Assembly: GCA_965644295.1 (NCBI GenBank)
Contig: CBFFRP010000259.1
Location: forward strand, 1 to 64,000
Length of the DNA: 64,000 nt
Direction of reading: 5' to 3'
From: Paraphysomonas bandaiensis
Lineage: Eukaryota; Protista; Chrysophyceae
Positions 10,697 through 24,469 of the stretch are shown piece after piece. A program made the translations under genes and the position numbers. Numbering within the stretch: position 1 is the first letter of the stretch; each line of letters opens with the position of its first letter. The notes under the pieces were generated by a model, which made no database searches, had not been told where the DNA came from, and worked only from the letters and a program-made list of their open reading frames with translations.

Positions 10697-13600
10697 ATGG
10701 ACAGCTTGTGGAAATGCGCAATATGTCAGGGAATATTCAGTTCAAGTCAGAGTCTGGGGAACCATGGAAGATACTGCTCGCCACTGTCTTCAGAATCAGA
10801 GATTTGTACATCAGAGCAGTATTCTAAGAAACGAAAAGCTGCATATGGACCTCAGGCTTACACTATTCATGATGATTACAATCAAGATGACAGTGGAATT
10901 GATGAGTACAGTGACTGTGAGGACTCATCAATTCCTATGTACATGTGGCAACATCAGAGACTGGAGGAAGCAAGCCCAACTGGAAATACAGAGTTTCCAA
11001 TCTGTCATTCAGATTATGACGCGGAAGACAAACCACTCTCCACGTATAAGAAGCTCCAGGAAGTGTTTTACGACAAGTCTTATGGCGTGGATGCATTGGG
11101 AGCTATGAATCTTGAAAGCTTTATTGAAGCTGTCAGCACTTCGAGTAATCATAACATGTCAGATATTTTGCTTCTCAAGTTGTATGCATTTGGAAGAAAG
11201 TGCAAGTTAAGCCGATCTACAGGAGATGCACTTCTGGAATTGATTCGCTTATTCAAACCTTGTGAAGAACTTCCAAAATCATGGAAGACAGTTGTGTCGA
11301 ATTTCAAAAAGAGAACACAACATTACAGATATGTTGAAAAGTCTATAGGTTGGCCATCTTCGTGGGAAATGGAATCTTGGAAAATTTCTGGACAGAAACC
11401 TGACGAAATCATTGTTCGAGCACGAGACCCATTGGAAATGCTAAGTTATCTGGCCGTCGACCCGACAATTCAGTTCTCGTGGAAAGAGCACGTTCATTAT
11501 GATACATTTTCCATGACAGATATTAATACTGGTGAGAACTATGTTGGTGATCTCATGTCATCATCCTGGGCGAAGAACACGGAGCGAGTTATACGCCAAG
11601 AAAAAAATCCTGAAGGCAAATTAATGCCATGTCTACTGTATCATGACGGGGTTGCTATGGGGCATGGTGCCAACATCAAGTCTGTGCCAGTCCTGGGGAC
11701 ATGCGGCAATTTCAGCGATGAGTTAATTCGGAAAAATATTGCAAAGTTTTGCTTAGGTTTTATTCCTGACATCACAAGCACGATAAGTGTCGAAGCTCTG
11801 ATTTCTCATTTGATGGAACGTGGAATGAGCCGAACCGCAGCAGGGAAGGAAGTCAGGTGGTTTAACTTGCACTTGGAAAAAGAATTCTGGAGTATGGTTA
11901 CGGCTCCTCTCAAAGCTGCTTCTTCTAGAGGTGCAGAGATGTATGTGTTAGGAAAGGGTTTAATTACCGTTTATACCTTTCATCCTTTTAGCATTGGAGA
12001 TGACCCGGCCATCCATCGACAGTTTGGCTTATACGAAGGAAATTCCCGCTTTGCATGTGTTACATGTGAGTATCCTCTGAGGGCCGGTGTTTTTTATAAC
12101 CCAGACCTTCATCCGAGGAGAGATGGCAATGCCATTGCTGAACAGTGCCGAAATGTGAATAGTGGTCAGCTATCAGACAAAGAAGAGAAGTATGTTCGTA
12201 AGTTACTTGATAATAGATGCATCATGCCGTTTGTAAACGCCTTCCATCATGCGTTTATGGGCTACAACAACCATTGCTTCAATAATCCTCAAGACTTATT
12301 TCACCTGTTTTGTGCTGGTATTGCAAAAAGTCTTGTTTTATGGATTCTTAGCGTTGTTGACAGTATTAGCACAACAGTAGACCGAACATTTCGAAATATT
12401 AAGGGCGTGTTGGATGCCAGACTTAAGTTGATGCCTCAGGTTCCTGATATGCCACACGTGAATTGGACAGTCTTCAAGAAAGGCTTGATGCACATTATGA
12501 GCAATAAAAGTAAAAAGGAAAAGGGCCACTCGACTGGTTCCGGAGGTGGATATAGATCAAGTGAATTCATCACGGCACTGTTGCAACTTCTGTTTACGGT
12601 ATGTTTTTCTAAATTGTATTCTCTATATTATGTGCTTGACATCACCTTTTTACATTAGATTGGCACGGATGGTCAAGTGCTACCGACAGATACCAACTAC
12701 AGTTATTGCAGCAAAAATTCACGGCACCTGCGTTTAGGCAATGTAACAAAGAAAGTGTTACAAGCAATTAAAGCCGTGCTGAACGTCTATTTTGAGTGCA
12801 AGAAAAGCTGTTTTACTGATGGTGACATCCTGAATGTGGACCGTATGTGCCACGATATGGTTGCTAAGGTTTTACTGGTATGGGATTTGAAACAAACACT
12901 TCTTGGTAACCAGCCATCAAGTCCATTAATGCGCAAACTCCATTCTGTAATGCATCTTTCACTTAATATTTCCATGTTTGGGGCATTATCAAAGTCTGAT
13001 GCGGGTACTTGGGAATCAAGCAATCGCTATTTTACAACCGAAAACTGGCGACGCACAAGCAGGAGGTATACTTCTTCTAATGTGGAGATGCTAACATTAG
13101 CAATATGCCAAGATCATTGTCGAGTACTTGAGTTTATAGCCGCGTGCCACACACACGACACTGAATACATAAACTCTCTGAAGCCAGAAATTCCACCGGA
13201 GGTCGTTCTAGTTTACCCCATGAGAAATGTCAAACATGTGCGGTTATGTGTTGATGCTAACCACTCCTTGTTTATTTGTGAAGAAGAAGGAATAGAATTG
13301 GAAGAATTTATTGGACACAAGGAATTATCTAGTAACTCCCTTACTGATTTTTGTAAACAAGCTCTTGGTGATAAGAACTGGAACTGTTTACAACGTGGTG
13401 ACATCTCGTTGAAGTTAATACAGGCCCTCACCTACAATGCCAACAAAGAGAGTGGCATTGGTAAAGGATTTCATCATGCCATGAAAGGGGCAGAGAGTCG
13501 AAAACCACGCTTTGATTTCATATGCATCCAAATGGAAAGTGGAGACATACAAGTTGCTCAAATAGTATCGATGCTTCAGTTGTCAGCGGCCAACAACACT

Positions 13601-14074
13601 AAATATCTCTATATTGTTCAATACATGGAAAAATGTACGACCACTATTCTTGACCCGTTTTCAAAATATAAGTGGGAGGTACTGCGCTACAACAGGCGAC
13701 GACAACCTCAGTTTTTTCAGGATATTATTAATTTTGAAAGTATTATTGACACAGCTTTTATAATACCAGATTCTTCTTGCGATGTCGTCGTGGGTAAGCC
13801 TCAAATTTCAGATCGTTTTTGGTTTATTCCGAGGAAGTTTTTTGATCGTTGTGGGTGGGATGATTTGGATTTTATTAACTGTCATCATATAGAGGGAATG
13901 CAACAATATATCAGACAAAATAGCTCCGGTGCAATTGTTCTTGAACGTAATGTGCATGGCCACGACAGTCATAACGCAAACAATGAGAGTGGCAGTAGTG
14001 ACCACTCATCAGAATGTGATAGCAATCCCAGTACTGTTTACAGCACCGGTGACTCTTCTGACAATGACACATAA
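10697..14074 (+). CDS. Plavaka-family transposase (~1105 aa; one intron at 12599-12658)
   Basis: N-terminal CAIC..H..C finger; RARDPLE, LLYHDG, VPVLGTCGN, LGFIP, IGDDP, CVTC, DLFHLFCAGIAK, KLHSVMH..FG..WESSNR. The 60-nt GT..AG intron joins the two ORFs in frame. Confidence 0.88.
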
Positions 14075-14719
14075 TTAATGTTGCGCGCTTATTATTGATT
14101 ATGATCATAGAATGCACAGCCATACTTGTTTAGTAATAATAATATATAACAAAAAAAGATATATTATACTATTCACCGCTGTGTTGCCTATGTACATTGT
14201 GAAACTTAAAAAACATCTGATGGTTCAAAACTCAGGTACCTACAGGTCTTTCGTCTTATACCTATAGGCAACGAGTAGCACTACCTATAGATAGTACCTA
14301 ATCCTTCGATACCTATAGGTGGGACTTGAGGTACCTATAGGTAGGTGCCTAACTCTTATCACCTATAGGCAGGGTAGCTAGGTATACCTATAGGTAGTGA
14401 CAGCTAGGTACCTACCTATAGGTAGGGTCCTTAGGCATGCCTATAGGTGGGTACCTATTAGGTAGGTACCTATTAGGTACCTGCGATGGACCTATAGGTA
14501 GGTCGAGCGACCTATAGGTACTAAATTCGACCCACCGATGTACTCCTTATTACAGCAAGCAAGCTACTAATAGCTATACAGTCTACCATTAAGTTTTCAA
14601 CATCATGAGGATAAGGAGTATTCTTGTCCCTTGTCTAAATTTTAACAGCTTTTCGCCCTCGTTTCAAAATTTTGAGCGCGGGACGATATAGCCTCCTTAT
14701 TGCCCGTGGTTAAATATAA

Positions 14720-14815
14720 CTATACTGCAATACTATGTTATTGATAAAGTTTTTAAACCGGCCCAACAATACTATTGTACTATATTGCAATAAAATATTT
14801 TGTTACTGAACCCTG
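14720..14815. mobile_element. Relic terminus related to the hAT at 6440-8145
   Basis: Shares TTTTTAAACCGGCCC-ACAATACTATTG-A-TATATTGCAATA with ~6506-6550 and ends in CCCTG. Confidence 0.55.
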
Positions 14816-15047
14816 TTTCAGACACCGTTATTGTGATAATATAATACATTTCTTTCACAATATCAATGATCAATCCTATATATATACATGTGAGCAACAT
14901 TTTTTTGTCGATATTTTTGCGTGTGACTATTTCTCATGCACTGTGTGTAACCCGTTTTCCAGCTATCTGCCAAAAAGCAGTAATTAGGGGTGGATGTGAC
15001 CCCAAAATTCGACACAACTCCCAAAAAACAATAGAACATAAGTAGGT

Positions 15048-15708
15048 TTATCTAAACCCAATGATTTTATTTGACCTTGGACACGGGCCTAAATAGGTAT
15101 TTTTCAGGAGGACAGTGTGGATATACGGGAGGACACCACCCTGAGGGATCGTGACGCTTCCAAGCAACCGGTTCAGCTCCTCGTCATTACGAATGCCAAG
15201 CTGAATATGGCGAGGAATAATTCTTCTTTTCTTGTGGTCGCGAGCTGCATTTCCAGCGAGCTCTAAAATTTCAGCGGTCAGGTACTCCAAAACTGCAGCG
15301 AGGTAGAGCGGAGCACCTATTTTATAAACGCATGAACTAACTAAAAAATATTATGTCACAATTGAAATACCTGTTCCCACACGGTTGGCATATTTTCCTT
15401 TCTTCAAAAAGCGTCCAATTCTTGCAACAGGGAAGGTCAATCCAGCGCGCTCGCTCTTCGTCATATTTCTAATTGCAAATGAAATTTTACGATTGAAATT
15501 ACAAAGAAACATACTTCTTTCCCTTTCCACGGCCACCAGCGCCTGATCCGCCTCCCACAGAAGTTCTTTACAAGGATAAAAATACATTACACAGAGCGCA
15601 GTGGATGTATTAAATTAAGTGTTACCTGTGGACGGGACGAAGACCCTCTGCTGAGGCTGCTCCACGAAGATTAGTGGCTAGAGTAGTAGATCGCTCCTTC
15701 AAGGACAT
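15048..15708 (-). CDS. H2A: Histone H2A variant with 3 introns and extended, divergent tails
   Basis: Spliced product [126 protein letters not shown]...[22 protein letters not shown]. Confidence 0.93.
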
Positions 15709-16309
15709 TGTTGTTGATATTTATTGATACTATCAATACTTTCAAATTGATTTTGTAGGATGACAACAAACACCCTCGAGAGACACAGCGTGCATGTGTG
15801 TGTGTGTAGAGGAGTATGATCCGTGCAGATATCCACTTTGTCCAATATCCAATCTCAGTATACTACCATACACTGCACCCTGGACATGTACCTGTATACC
15901 TATAGTGGTATACAGGTACGAATCTATCATATCCAGATAATGCATGCTGTATTTTGTATTTGTGGTTCCTGTATATAGAAAATACACAACACACTGAACT
16001 TCATTACCTTGTAGTACAGTATACCGCTGTATTCTCAAGTATTCTCTGTGCGGTGATAGAGGTACCATACATCATCATACTGTTGTATATATATACGTAT
16101 ACAGCAGCTGTGCGTAGCATAGTATGGTATAGTATGGTATATGGTATACCATGTATAGCATATGTATGTATATGCATATATCGCAATAACAGGCAGAGAG
16201 CGAACTCATAGCTCACAAACTTCTGCACCATTACTCTGGGGTATAAATAAAGTTTGCAATATAATCATTAGCTGCACTTGGCATTGTTCTTGCTGTAGTT
16301 ACTTGCATT

Positions 16310-19300
16310 ATGGCAGGACGCGGTAGAGGCAGAGGATTGACTCTCCCAGCATGGATGACAGCTGATGATAGCACTGGAGACACTGTAACGGTAAATATCT
16401 CTCGTATTCGCTTATATTAAGATGTGAAATATTATATACAGAGTGGTGATAGTAATCAAACTTTACAGCAGCCGCAGACACTGAATGAAGAGACTGCCTC
16501 GCAGTTTATGAATGCAGTCAGCTCGAGTGGAGATACTGCGCGCCAGACAACCCCCTCTTCCACAGCGACGATGCAAGTGGACAGTGCCCAAAATCGTGTA
16601 CCAAACCCGACAGCAGCTAGTAGCCAACCACAAGTGCGAGTTGCTCCTGGAAATCCACCCCCCCCACCTGGTCCTCCTCCTGCCAAGCAACAATCAAACC
16701 CTTCCGTACAGAACTTTGGTAAGCCTGGCGTGCCTATGGGAATTCCACCAGGTGCCCCAGGATTCTACCCTGGATACCCTCAGCTACAACCTTCAAATAT
16801 GGGTTCCACTGGCGCGGTGCCACCGGGGGGCATGTTACCGCCCCCTACAGGTTTTATGATGCCACCCATGGGATTCCCTCCAGGAATGCCATCAGGTATG
16901 CCTCAGGGTATGCCGCCAACTATGCCTGGGTATCCCGGCGTTGTTCCTGGTATGCCTCCTGGTGGAATGGGTGTCCCTCCGCGTATGCCAGCCCCGACGC
17001 CAGTTTCTCAACCGGCAGCCGCACCTGCTGTGCCACCGGCCCAACCTGCAACTCTCAACGACCCCAACAACGATGTGAAGAGCTGGTCTGAACATGAAGG
17101 AGATGATGGGCGGGTGTATTGGCACAATCGCGTTACTAAGGTATGTCTTTATGGTTGGATTTGCTCTAAACCTTACTCGTGGTATTTTTTAGGTGAGCAC
17201 ATATGACAAGCCAGCATGCCTTAAGACTCCGGAAGAGAGATCCATCCCTCCCTGCCGCTGGAAGGAATATTCTGCAGATGGAAAAAAATACTACAGTGAT
17301 GGAAAAGAGTCAAGGTATTCTTGCAAAATTAAATCTTTCAATGCCCATGTTAGTGTTGTTGAACAATTAAGTTGGAGATGTGGTTTTATGGTGCTCTTTT
17401 CGATATCTATATCGTGTTGATGACGATGTGCTCTGCAGCTGGACTATGCCGGAGGAATACCGGGAATGGAAGGAAAAGGTTGACGCCGCTGTGGCCCGAC
17501 ACAAGGAGAACCTCCTTCGTGCCGCTGAAGAGAAAAAACGCGAATCGGCTCCCAATCAGTCATCCACACGCTCAGCCCATGCAACGGATAAAAAAGCATC
17601 TGCACCTGGCGGGTATGCTATCTCTTCGCAGGATAAGCCGGCCCCTGTATATGCTTCCAAGGAGGAGGCGGTGGCTGCTTTTCGGGACATGTTAGATGAA
17701 TTGGGTGTTACCAGCGTAATGAAATTCAAGGATACACAGGAGCTGTGTTCGCGGGACCCTCGGTGGAATGCTCTTCGCACTGTGGGCGAAAGAAAACAGT
17801 GTCTTGCGGAGTTTCAAACTAAAAAAATGAAAGAGGAGAAGGAGGAGAAGCGAGCTAGGTCAAAAAAGGCGCGTGGAATGTTCATGCAGCTACTGGCAGA
17901 ATGCACAGACATCGATGCGCGCAGCAGATGGCGCGAATCTCAGGTCCTACTCCAAGATGACAAGCGATATAAAGAGGTCGAAGATGCCCGCATGAGAGAA
18001 GAATACTTCAATGACTTTGTAAGTGAACTAGCGAAAAAGGAACGGGAGGATCGAGAGGCTCTAAGGAAGGAGTCAAGCGAAGAGTTTAAAGCATTGCTGA
18101 AGTCTCTTTTTGACAGTGGTGCCATCAACCTCAAAAGTATATGGGTGGATGTAAAGTCTGAACACATTATTGAATTTGAAAACGCTAAGTTTGCAGCCCT
18201 TGATGATACCGACAAGCGCCATATGTTTCAAGATTATGTGGGTGATCTTGAGGCTCAGGCGCGGTCCGAGGAGCGTCGATTAAGGGACGAGATGCGAAAG
18301 ACTGTGGAGGAAAAGAGATTGGAGTTTAAACAGACTTTATTGGATCTGGTGAAGGAGGGAATACTATGTAGTGATTCTCGTTGGAGAGAAGTGCGAGGTA
18401 TGATTGAAGGAAAAGAAACGCACAAGAGTTTAGTGGACTCCTGTAGTGGAGATTCATCACTGGCGAGAAATAATGAGCCACGGGATGTATTTGATGAAGT
18501 TATTGCTGATCTCAAAGAGGAGCACAGATCCGACAAGAGAGTTTTCCGAGACGTGTTAGATTTGGAGCATATCGATATTTACCATGACACGGAATTCGAC
18601 GCTTTGCGGGAAAAATTGGAAGGCATAATTGCAGATCGCAAAGCAGATGGCATATATGAGAAAGACAAAGACTACAAAATACTGGAGAGTATGATCCTGA
18701 ATCGCCCCAAGAACTTCGAGCGGTTCTATAGGGATATCCATGACGCGAAGGTCGCCGATTATGAGGAGGCAGAGAGGAAACGACGACGTCGTGAAGACCG
18801 TTACTTGGATCTGTTGGATGACTATTATTACCGATCTGACCATGTGGGTATCACCTGGGAAGAAGCAAAGAAGGATCTCGATAGACACTCAGCCTACGCT
18901 GACCTCGGCAGGTCAGACCGCAAGAGACTTTTTATGGAACACATGGAAGAGTTGACCGATAAGCTCAGAGGGAAGCTGCACAGCTCAAACAAAAAAGATG
19001 AACCCGTTGAGACTAATCGTGATGAGAGTGGAGCGGATGATGGAGGTGCTGAGAAACTACTCGCCAGTATACGCGAAAGTTACGGCAGTCCTAGCCGCAG
19101 CCCTCAACGACAAATTGACGATAAAGACAAGATATTACAGTCTGAAAGCATCGAGGATCAAGATAGTGGTGAAATTTACGAGGGAAGTAAAAGTAAGCAC
19201 ATCAAAGACGATAACAGCAAAGATGAAGAGAGAGAAGGAAGATCACGGAAACGACGACACTCAGAGTCCGAAGAAGCATCCAACGGAAAAATGTCGTCAA

Positions 19301-19679
19301 AGCGACGATCGGACGATATCGATTATAGGGACAGAGAGAAAGACAGAGAGAGTAGTCGGCACTCGGACCGCAGCTCCAGGTCTCATAAAAAGAGATCTCG
19401 TGAGGAGCACTCTGACGTAGAGCATGAAAAAGTTGGCGGTGATGATAGCGGGGGGGGAAAGAAGTCTAAGAAAGATAAGAAAGATAAAGATCGGGAGAAA
19501 GATAAAGACAGGAAGCGACGACATAAGGTAGATTTAGATATCAATATGTTGTACTATGTCTAACTTGTCCTTTGTGATATCAGCACAAAAAAGACGGACG
19601 AGATGGTGATAGGCGGCGAAGTAATTCTCGTGATGATCACAGGAGCAAGAAGCGCAGATCACGCTCCAGGAGCCACTAG
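16310..19679 (+). CDS. PRP40: Pre-mRNA processing factor 40 (Pro-rich, WW x2, FF repeats, RS/KE-rich tail), multi-exon
   Basis: WW motifs WSEHEGDDGRVYWHNRVTK-STYDKP and WKEYSADGKKYY...SWTMP; FF repeats (AFRDML...DPRWNAL...RKQCLAEF; DKRYKEV..REEYFNDF); charged RS tail. Confidence 0.92.
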
Positions 19680-19860
19680 TAGAATTACACACGAGAAGTA
19701 CGTAGTATATGTTGTAGACTGCTGCCATTTCCTGCGTGCTGTCGATGTAGGCTGCATTGATTATATAGTCTAGTTATGAAAATCAATCCTGCTTTATCTT
19801 AATAATTTGCCTTGGGCTTAGTACAAGCGCTGATTTTATGTTATATGCACCACTCTATGT

Positions 19861-19992
19861 CAGGGATTGGTAATCATTTTAGTAGCCCACTATTGGGCTA
19901 TTGGGTGCCCAGTTTCCGGCTATAATTGAAATGAGTCCCGACAATTATAATGACATTACCGTTAATGTCCCATTATTGGTTACAAGGCCCTG
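19861..19992. mobile_element. Small degenerate hAT-type MITE (132 bp)
   Basis: Ends CAGGGATTGGTAATCA and TGGTTACAAGGCCCTG; flanks CTCTATGT and CTTTATGT (7/8 TSD match). Confidence 0.6.
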
Positions 19993-21120
19993 CTTTATGT
20001 TACTGGAAAGCTTATCACTTGTGAAACAGAGTTTAGACTCACAAGCACTTAAGATGTGTAGTTCAACTTATTGCTTTATACTTGGGATAGGTAACAAATA
20101 CAGAGATCAGTATCACTAAAAGTCAAGTATGACAGGAGGCAGGTGCTCATTATCACAAAAAAGTGAAGAGCATCAATAGCAATGGGCGACATTAAAAATT
20201 TGTTAGGAGGTTGGAAGGAGAACACAGCTTTGATGAATCTGAGCGAATTATATACAAAAATCATGCATAGCCTCAAGAAATCCCGCGTAAACTGTGAAGG
20301 CAGTAGGATGATTTTTACAGAATCTGCGCGCTATCTGCATGGTCAGTCGAGTTGGTAAACTGGTGAATGGGAGGCGGGTAGGTGACTTTGTTGAATCAAC
20401 GTAAAATCTTAATGTTATGGGAGCCTACCTTATTGTAATCATATGACCTATGATTACACTGCAGGAATGGGGCATTTTGACTTCAGATTTAGGGTTGTTC
20501 CTTTCCTAGCTGCATTGCAAAGGTATATTCCAAGCGTTAAGTACATGGAACAAATAGTGCCAGTATCAAACTACTACGTATCTACGTATGACGTATGATA
20601 ACCGAAGGATATTAGTATTAAAAGAATTAGAAGTATGTATTTCATCAGTAGAATCTATATTTATTTTCTTAAAAATGGCTTTTACAAATAAATTGATCTA
20701 AATTTATCTCATGAATTGAAGTCAGCAATTAAATACTGACTTAGCATCGTCTACTTTGCATGATATGCTAACGCAGGCTCAGTGTAGACTTATGCGATAC
20801 ACTCACCTACAGAGCCTAGAAGACAATCACCTAGACCAGATATCGATCTACTGTGAGGAATTATTTCCATTATCTGAATCTTTGATATCACTAAACAGAT
20901 CAGGACTCTATAGGAGTCAACGTCCATATATACATACACATATACAGACACAGACACCATCTGCTGAAAGAGGTGGTGTATCCTTCAACCCAAACACTGG
21001 AATTCCATGGAATTCTGCATTTGACTGCACCACAGTGCTGTTCGAAGAACTTATGCGCACCAGCAGGTCCTCCTTTCCATCATCTGATATCTATGTGCTA
21101 TACGCTGAGTAGCCTACCTA

Positions 21121-24100
21121 GGAAGGCGGGTATCTATCTTGGCGGGTTTTCTTTTTTAGGTTTTTGAAAATGGCGGGTTTTCGTGTGTCAATCCACCATT
21201 GTACCACCTTAAATCTTACTATAAACCAACCGCACATACTTATACAAGAATTACATTATATATAATTGTATCAGGTACAGTAAACAGTAATCACTGCTCA
21301 TGATGACGTCGTCTGATCTGATTTTCATGTAGAATTGATCGAGTATGATGCGAGGACGTCCACAGCGACCCCGAATCACTCATACTCATACAGACAGTCG
21401 TATGGACGAAGTCACACTGCCCCCATTGGGGAAAAAGGATGTTGTGATTGAGGTTAAGCGTGCCAAGCAGTATGGTGTGCTTCCAGGAAATGTACCTCAC
21501 AAGCGAAAGGTTAATTTGGTGTTGGAGGCTTTGCCGGATCTTCCCGAAGAGACGAGCAGCTTCCCCAGTATGGCGACAGAAATGCGATTATCAGCGCAAT
21601 CGATAATATCCCTGAGGTAGACGTCAAACAGAGCTACAAAGTTTACACAGTTGAAGCGCGTAGGGCCGGGCTCATTGCCAGGGTAATTGATGGCAAGAGC
21701 TCTAAATATGTTCTCACGGAGTACGGTGTCTCTATTCGCACCCAGGAGCGGGATATGAACACCATTCGAGAGTTGTATGGACTCACTACGAAGGAGTTTA
21801 ATATGTTTCGGAACGATCCAACGAACCATTCTGTGCTGCAGAAGGCCCATCATGGAGCTGGATTACTCCTGTCTGGTCCTAAAGGATTGCTTCACTCCAT
21901 GACTACGAAGATGGACCTTCAAGATAAAGCTGGATATGGGTATGTACATGAAAGTGTATGATGTGGATGATGGCGTACAGTGTACGGTTTGTAATTATTT
22001 GTGCAGGTATAACAATGCCCATATGCAAGCCCTAGCCAGGGAGTATTGCCGCGCCCATGCCAGTGCTATACGCACTGCCAATGGAGGCAAGGATACCCGG
22101 AGTCGGTATGCCTTGATCATGCAAAATGCAGTAAAACCATTATTCGAGACAACTTTCTCAAACCCTGCACTTTTGACTTTGGTGAAAATTGTTTGCCCGC
22201 TTTGACGAAGAAATCCGATCTTTCCTACAAGCGGGCAGCAGCGGCCTGCCCGACCCGGGCGAGTACTATGGCCCGTAAGTTCACGCAGCACCTCAGGGAG
22301 TGTATAGAGAAAGGGGTCTTCCCGTCATATGGGCCAGACCTGGAGGATATCGAGAACTGGGACGAAATTGGCTTCGACCCTTGGGGGCACGCCTTCCCTA
22401 CCTTCAAACTCTTTCAGGAGCGGAGGGAAAGGCGATTCTCTGCAAGACACGGTGAGCATACATCCTTCTGGGTAACAGGCTAAAGAGCGCCGTAAGGACG
22501 AAAAGGAGCGCCGCCAGATGGAAGAATATCACCGACATGTTGAGGCGTTGGAGGCGCTTTTGGTACGTGTGTGCGACCAGCAATATGACTGGCGCACGGC
22601 CAATAATGATGTTCTAAAAGCCGCACTAATTGTCCTTCCTAAGGCAACTACTCCTATTGATCCTGAGCTAAAGGTTGGCACGAAGCCTACCTCATAGCCA
22701 AGCTCGAAGGTCCGATGTCTGACAAGTTGAAACAGCTGCACGGGGGAGTGGAGGTGGAGAGAGAGGAGGTTTATGTATCGGAATCAGATCGAGAGCCAAT
22801 CGATGCGGCGTAGGTTACTTGCTATTTAATCGCGTACTTGCGAGTCTCTTATTTTGTTTTGACCCCACTTGGTCCTTTATTTCTTTTGAGATTCTGTTCG
22901 GTCCTTTATTTTTTATTTTCTTTGGATATTTCGCATGATAAAGTGCATACAATTGTAATCACTTCTGCTCATGCAAAGTCAACGCATACATACCACAAAC
23001 CAGCAGTACATATTCGTATCTACTTTAACTCTGTCGTATGTATGATTTTACGTAACATCGTTTTTGTTTTGGATTTTTAATATTTTCTTTCTCCAGTGTG
23101 AAATTTAATTACGAGTTGAATGAAAGTAATAAAGTTCAACACTGATGGCTACACACTTCTTCTTGTTGACCAAACTAAGCCAGCTTCTACGACACAGTCA
23201 ATGTCCGATTTTAAGTAAATCTCAATGGGTGTAACATAATATAAATTAAGAAGTAGAAACAATTTTAGTAAATATGCAACAGAACAAAAACAATTCAAAA
23301 TAATAATTTAGTTAATCTATCAGTTGTAGTACTCCTATACTACTCGGCATCAATAACATATATTTGGAGAGCAAGGTTAAGTACTATGAATCGTATGAAT
23401 ACTGAGGTGGCCAGGTTCCCTCTGACCTTTATCCAGTGCAGGCTGTTGCTGAGCTCCCGCTGTTCCTCAAGAGGGGTACCCTATGTCCCATGGATCAAAG
23501 TCGACCCACTATGAGTCTGGGTGTTCAACCATTGAAAAGTTTAGGATAGCAATCAGTCATGACGGGGGAAGCACCAGTCGGTTTGACCACATCCACAGTT
23601 CCAAAAACATTCGGCCAAGGATCGCTGGTGGGCTGCGTCAATGTGGATCCCTCTACGTTTCACTGCGTGCAGAGCCCCGTGCAATGAATTTCACTGTCTA
23701 CATCTGCTGTTCCGCATGCCTCACCCTGACCCCTGTAGAATAGTGAATTTTCAATCCGGGCATCACCCTGAGCCCGAAACAGCTCCAGAGTCCTCCCCCT
23801 TTCCTCCTCAATTCAACAGAGCCTCCATTTCGCTCCAGAGGTGCAGCATTAGAGTCATCGTGTGGCTAATCTAAACACACGCTTATTTCAGAAATGTGAT
23901 GCACAATGCCGCAGAGGAGAGCATATACTCAAATTAGGGTGCTGATAGTATTGCGCATATAATGAGCAATAGTTGAGTGTATATCTACAGGTCAGTTGAG
24001 GTCATTCGCAGGTGTGGTGTGCCGGCGTATCGAAATCGACCCCTCCTCCCCAACCAGAACTTATCACCATGAATACTGCGAATCAGTTGAAAGTAAGAGC

Positions 24101-24469
24101 ACCATCGTGTCAAGCACTATGCATTTAGTCTACCTGTATCGCCACATGGCCGCTAGGAGCAATGACCATCTCCAAATACTCCAATTTAATTAAAGTGACT
24201 GTGATTTGCAGTCATCTGAGAGCGAAAAATCCCGCCATTTTGAAAAACCAAAAACTGAAATGAGGTCAAAAACCTCTTAAGGGGCTCACTTTGAGGATGA
24301 ATATCAAAAGCTTCAGATTATGAGTGCAGTTGGTCACTTAGAATGAAATATGGGTAAAATCACTACGTTTCCAATGATGCTTTCACTGCAATCAGACATG
24401 CAGTGAGTGTTATTTTAAGTGCATCTGAAATGTGCAAAAAAATACCGCCAAGATACGTACCCGCCTTCC
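21121..24469 (+). mobile_element. Decayed pogo/Tc1-mariner-like TIR element
   Basis: 25-bp TIR GGAAGGCGGGTA(TC/CG)TATCTTGGCGG with 2 mismatches, TA on both flanks; a second inverted block at 21160-21183 vs 24223-24249; transposase remnants inside. Confidence 0.8.
21345..22810 (+). pseudogene. pogo-like transposase remnant (frameshifted, catalytic core deleted)
   Basis: KSDLSYKRA..RA followed by DIENWDEIGFD resembles the first-Asp NxDETG motif of pogo/DDE_1. The sequence breaks after FWVT. Confidence 0.55.

Larger units (their letters stand above)
8190..14540 (+). mobile_element. Plavaka-type (CMC/EnSpm-related) DNA transposon, apparently complete
   Basis: Terminal CATCGGTGGG...CCCACCGATG flanked by TA on both sides; nine exact CCTATAGG palindromes in each subterminal region; encodes a Plavaka-like transposase plus a divergent gene. 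Confidence 0.88.

Noticed and set aside
20000-21115. Short ORFs between PRP40 and the pogo-like element
   Set aside because: No recognisable motifs or consistent exon structure.
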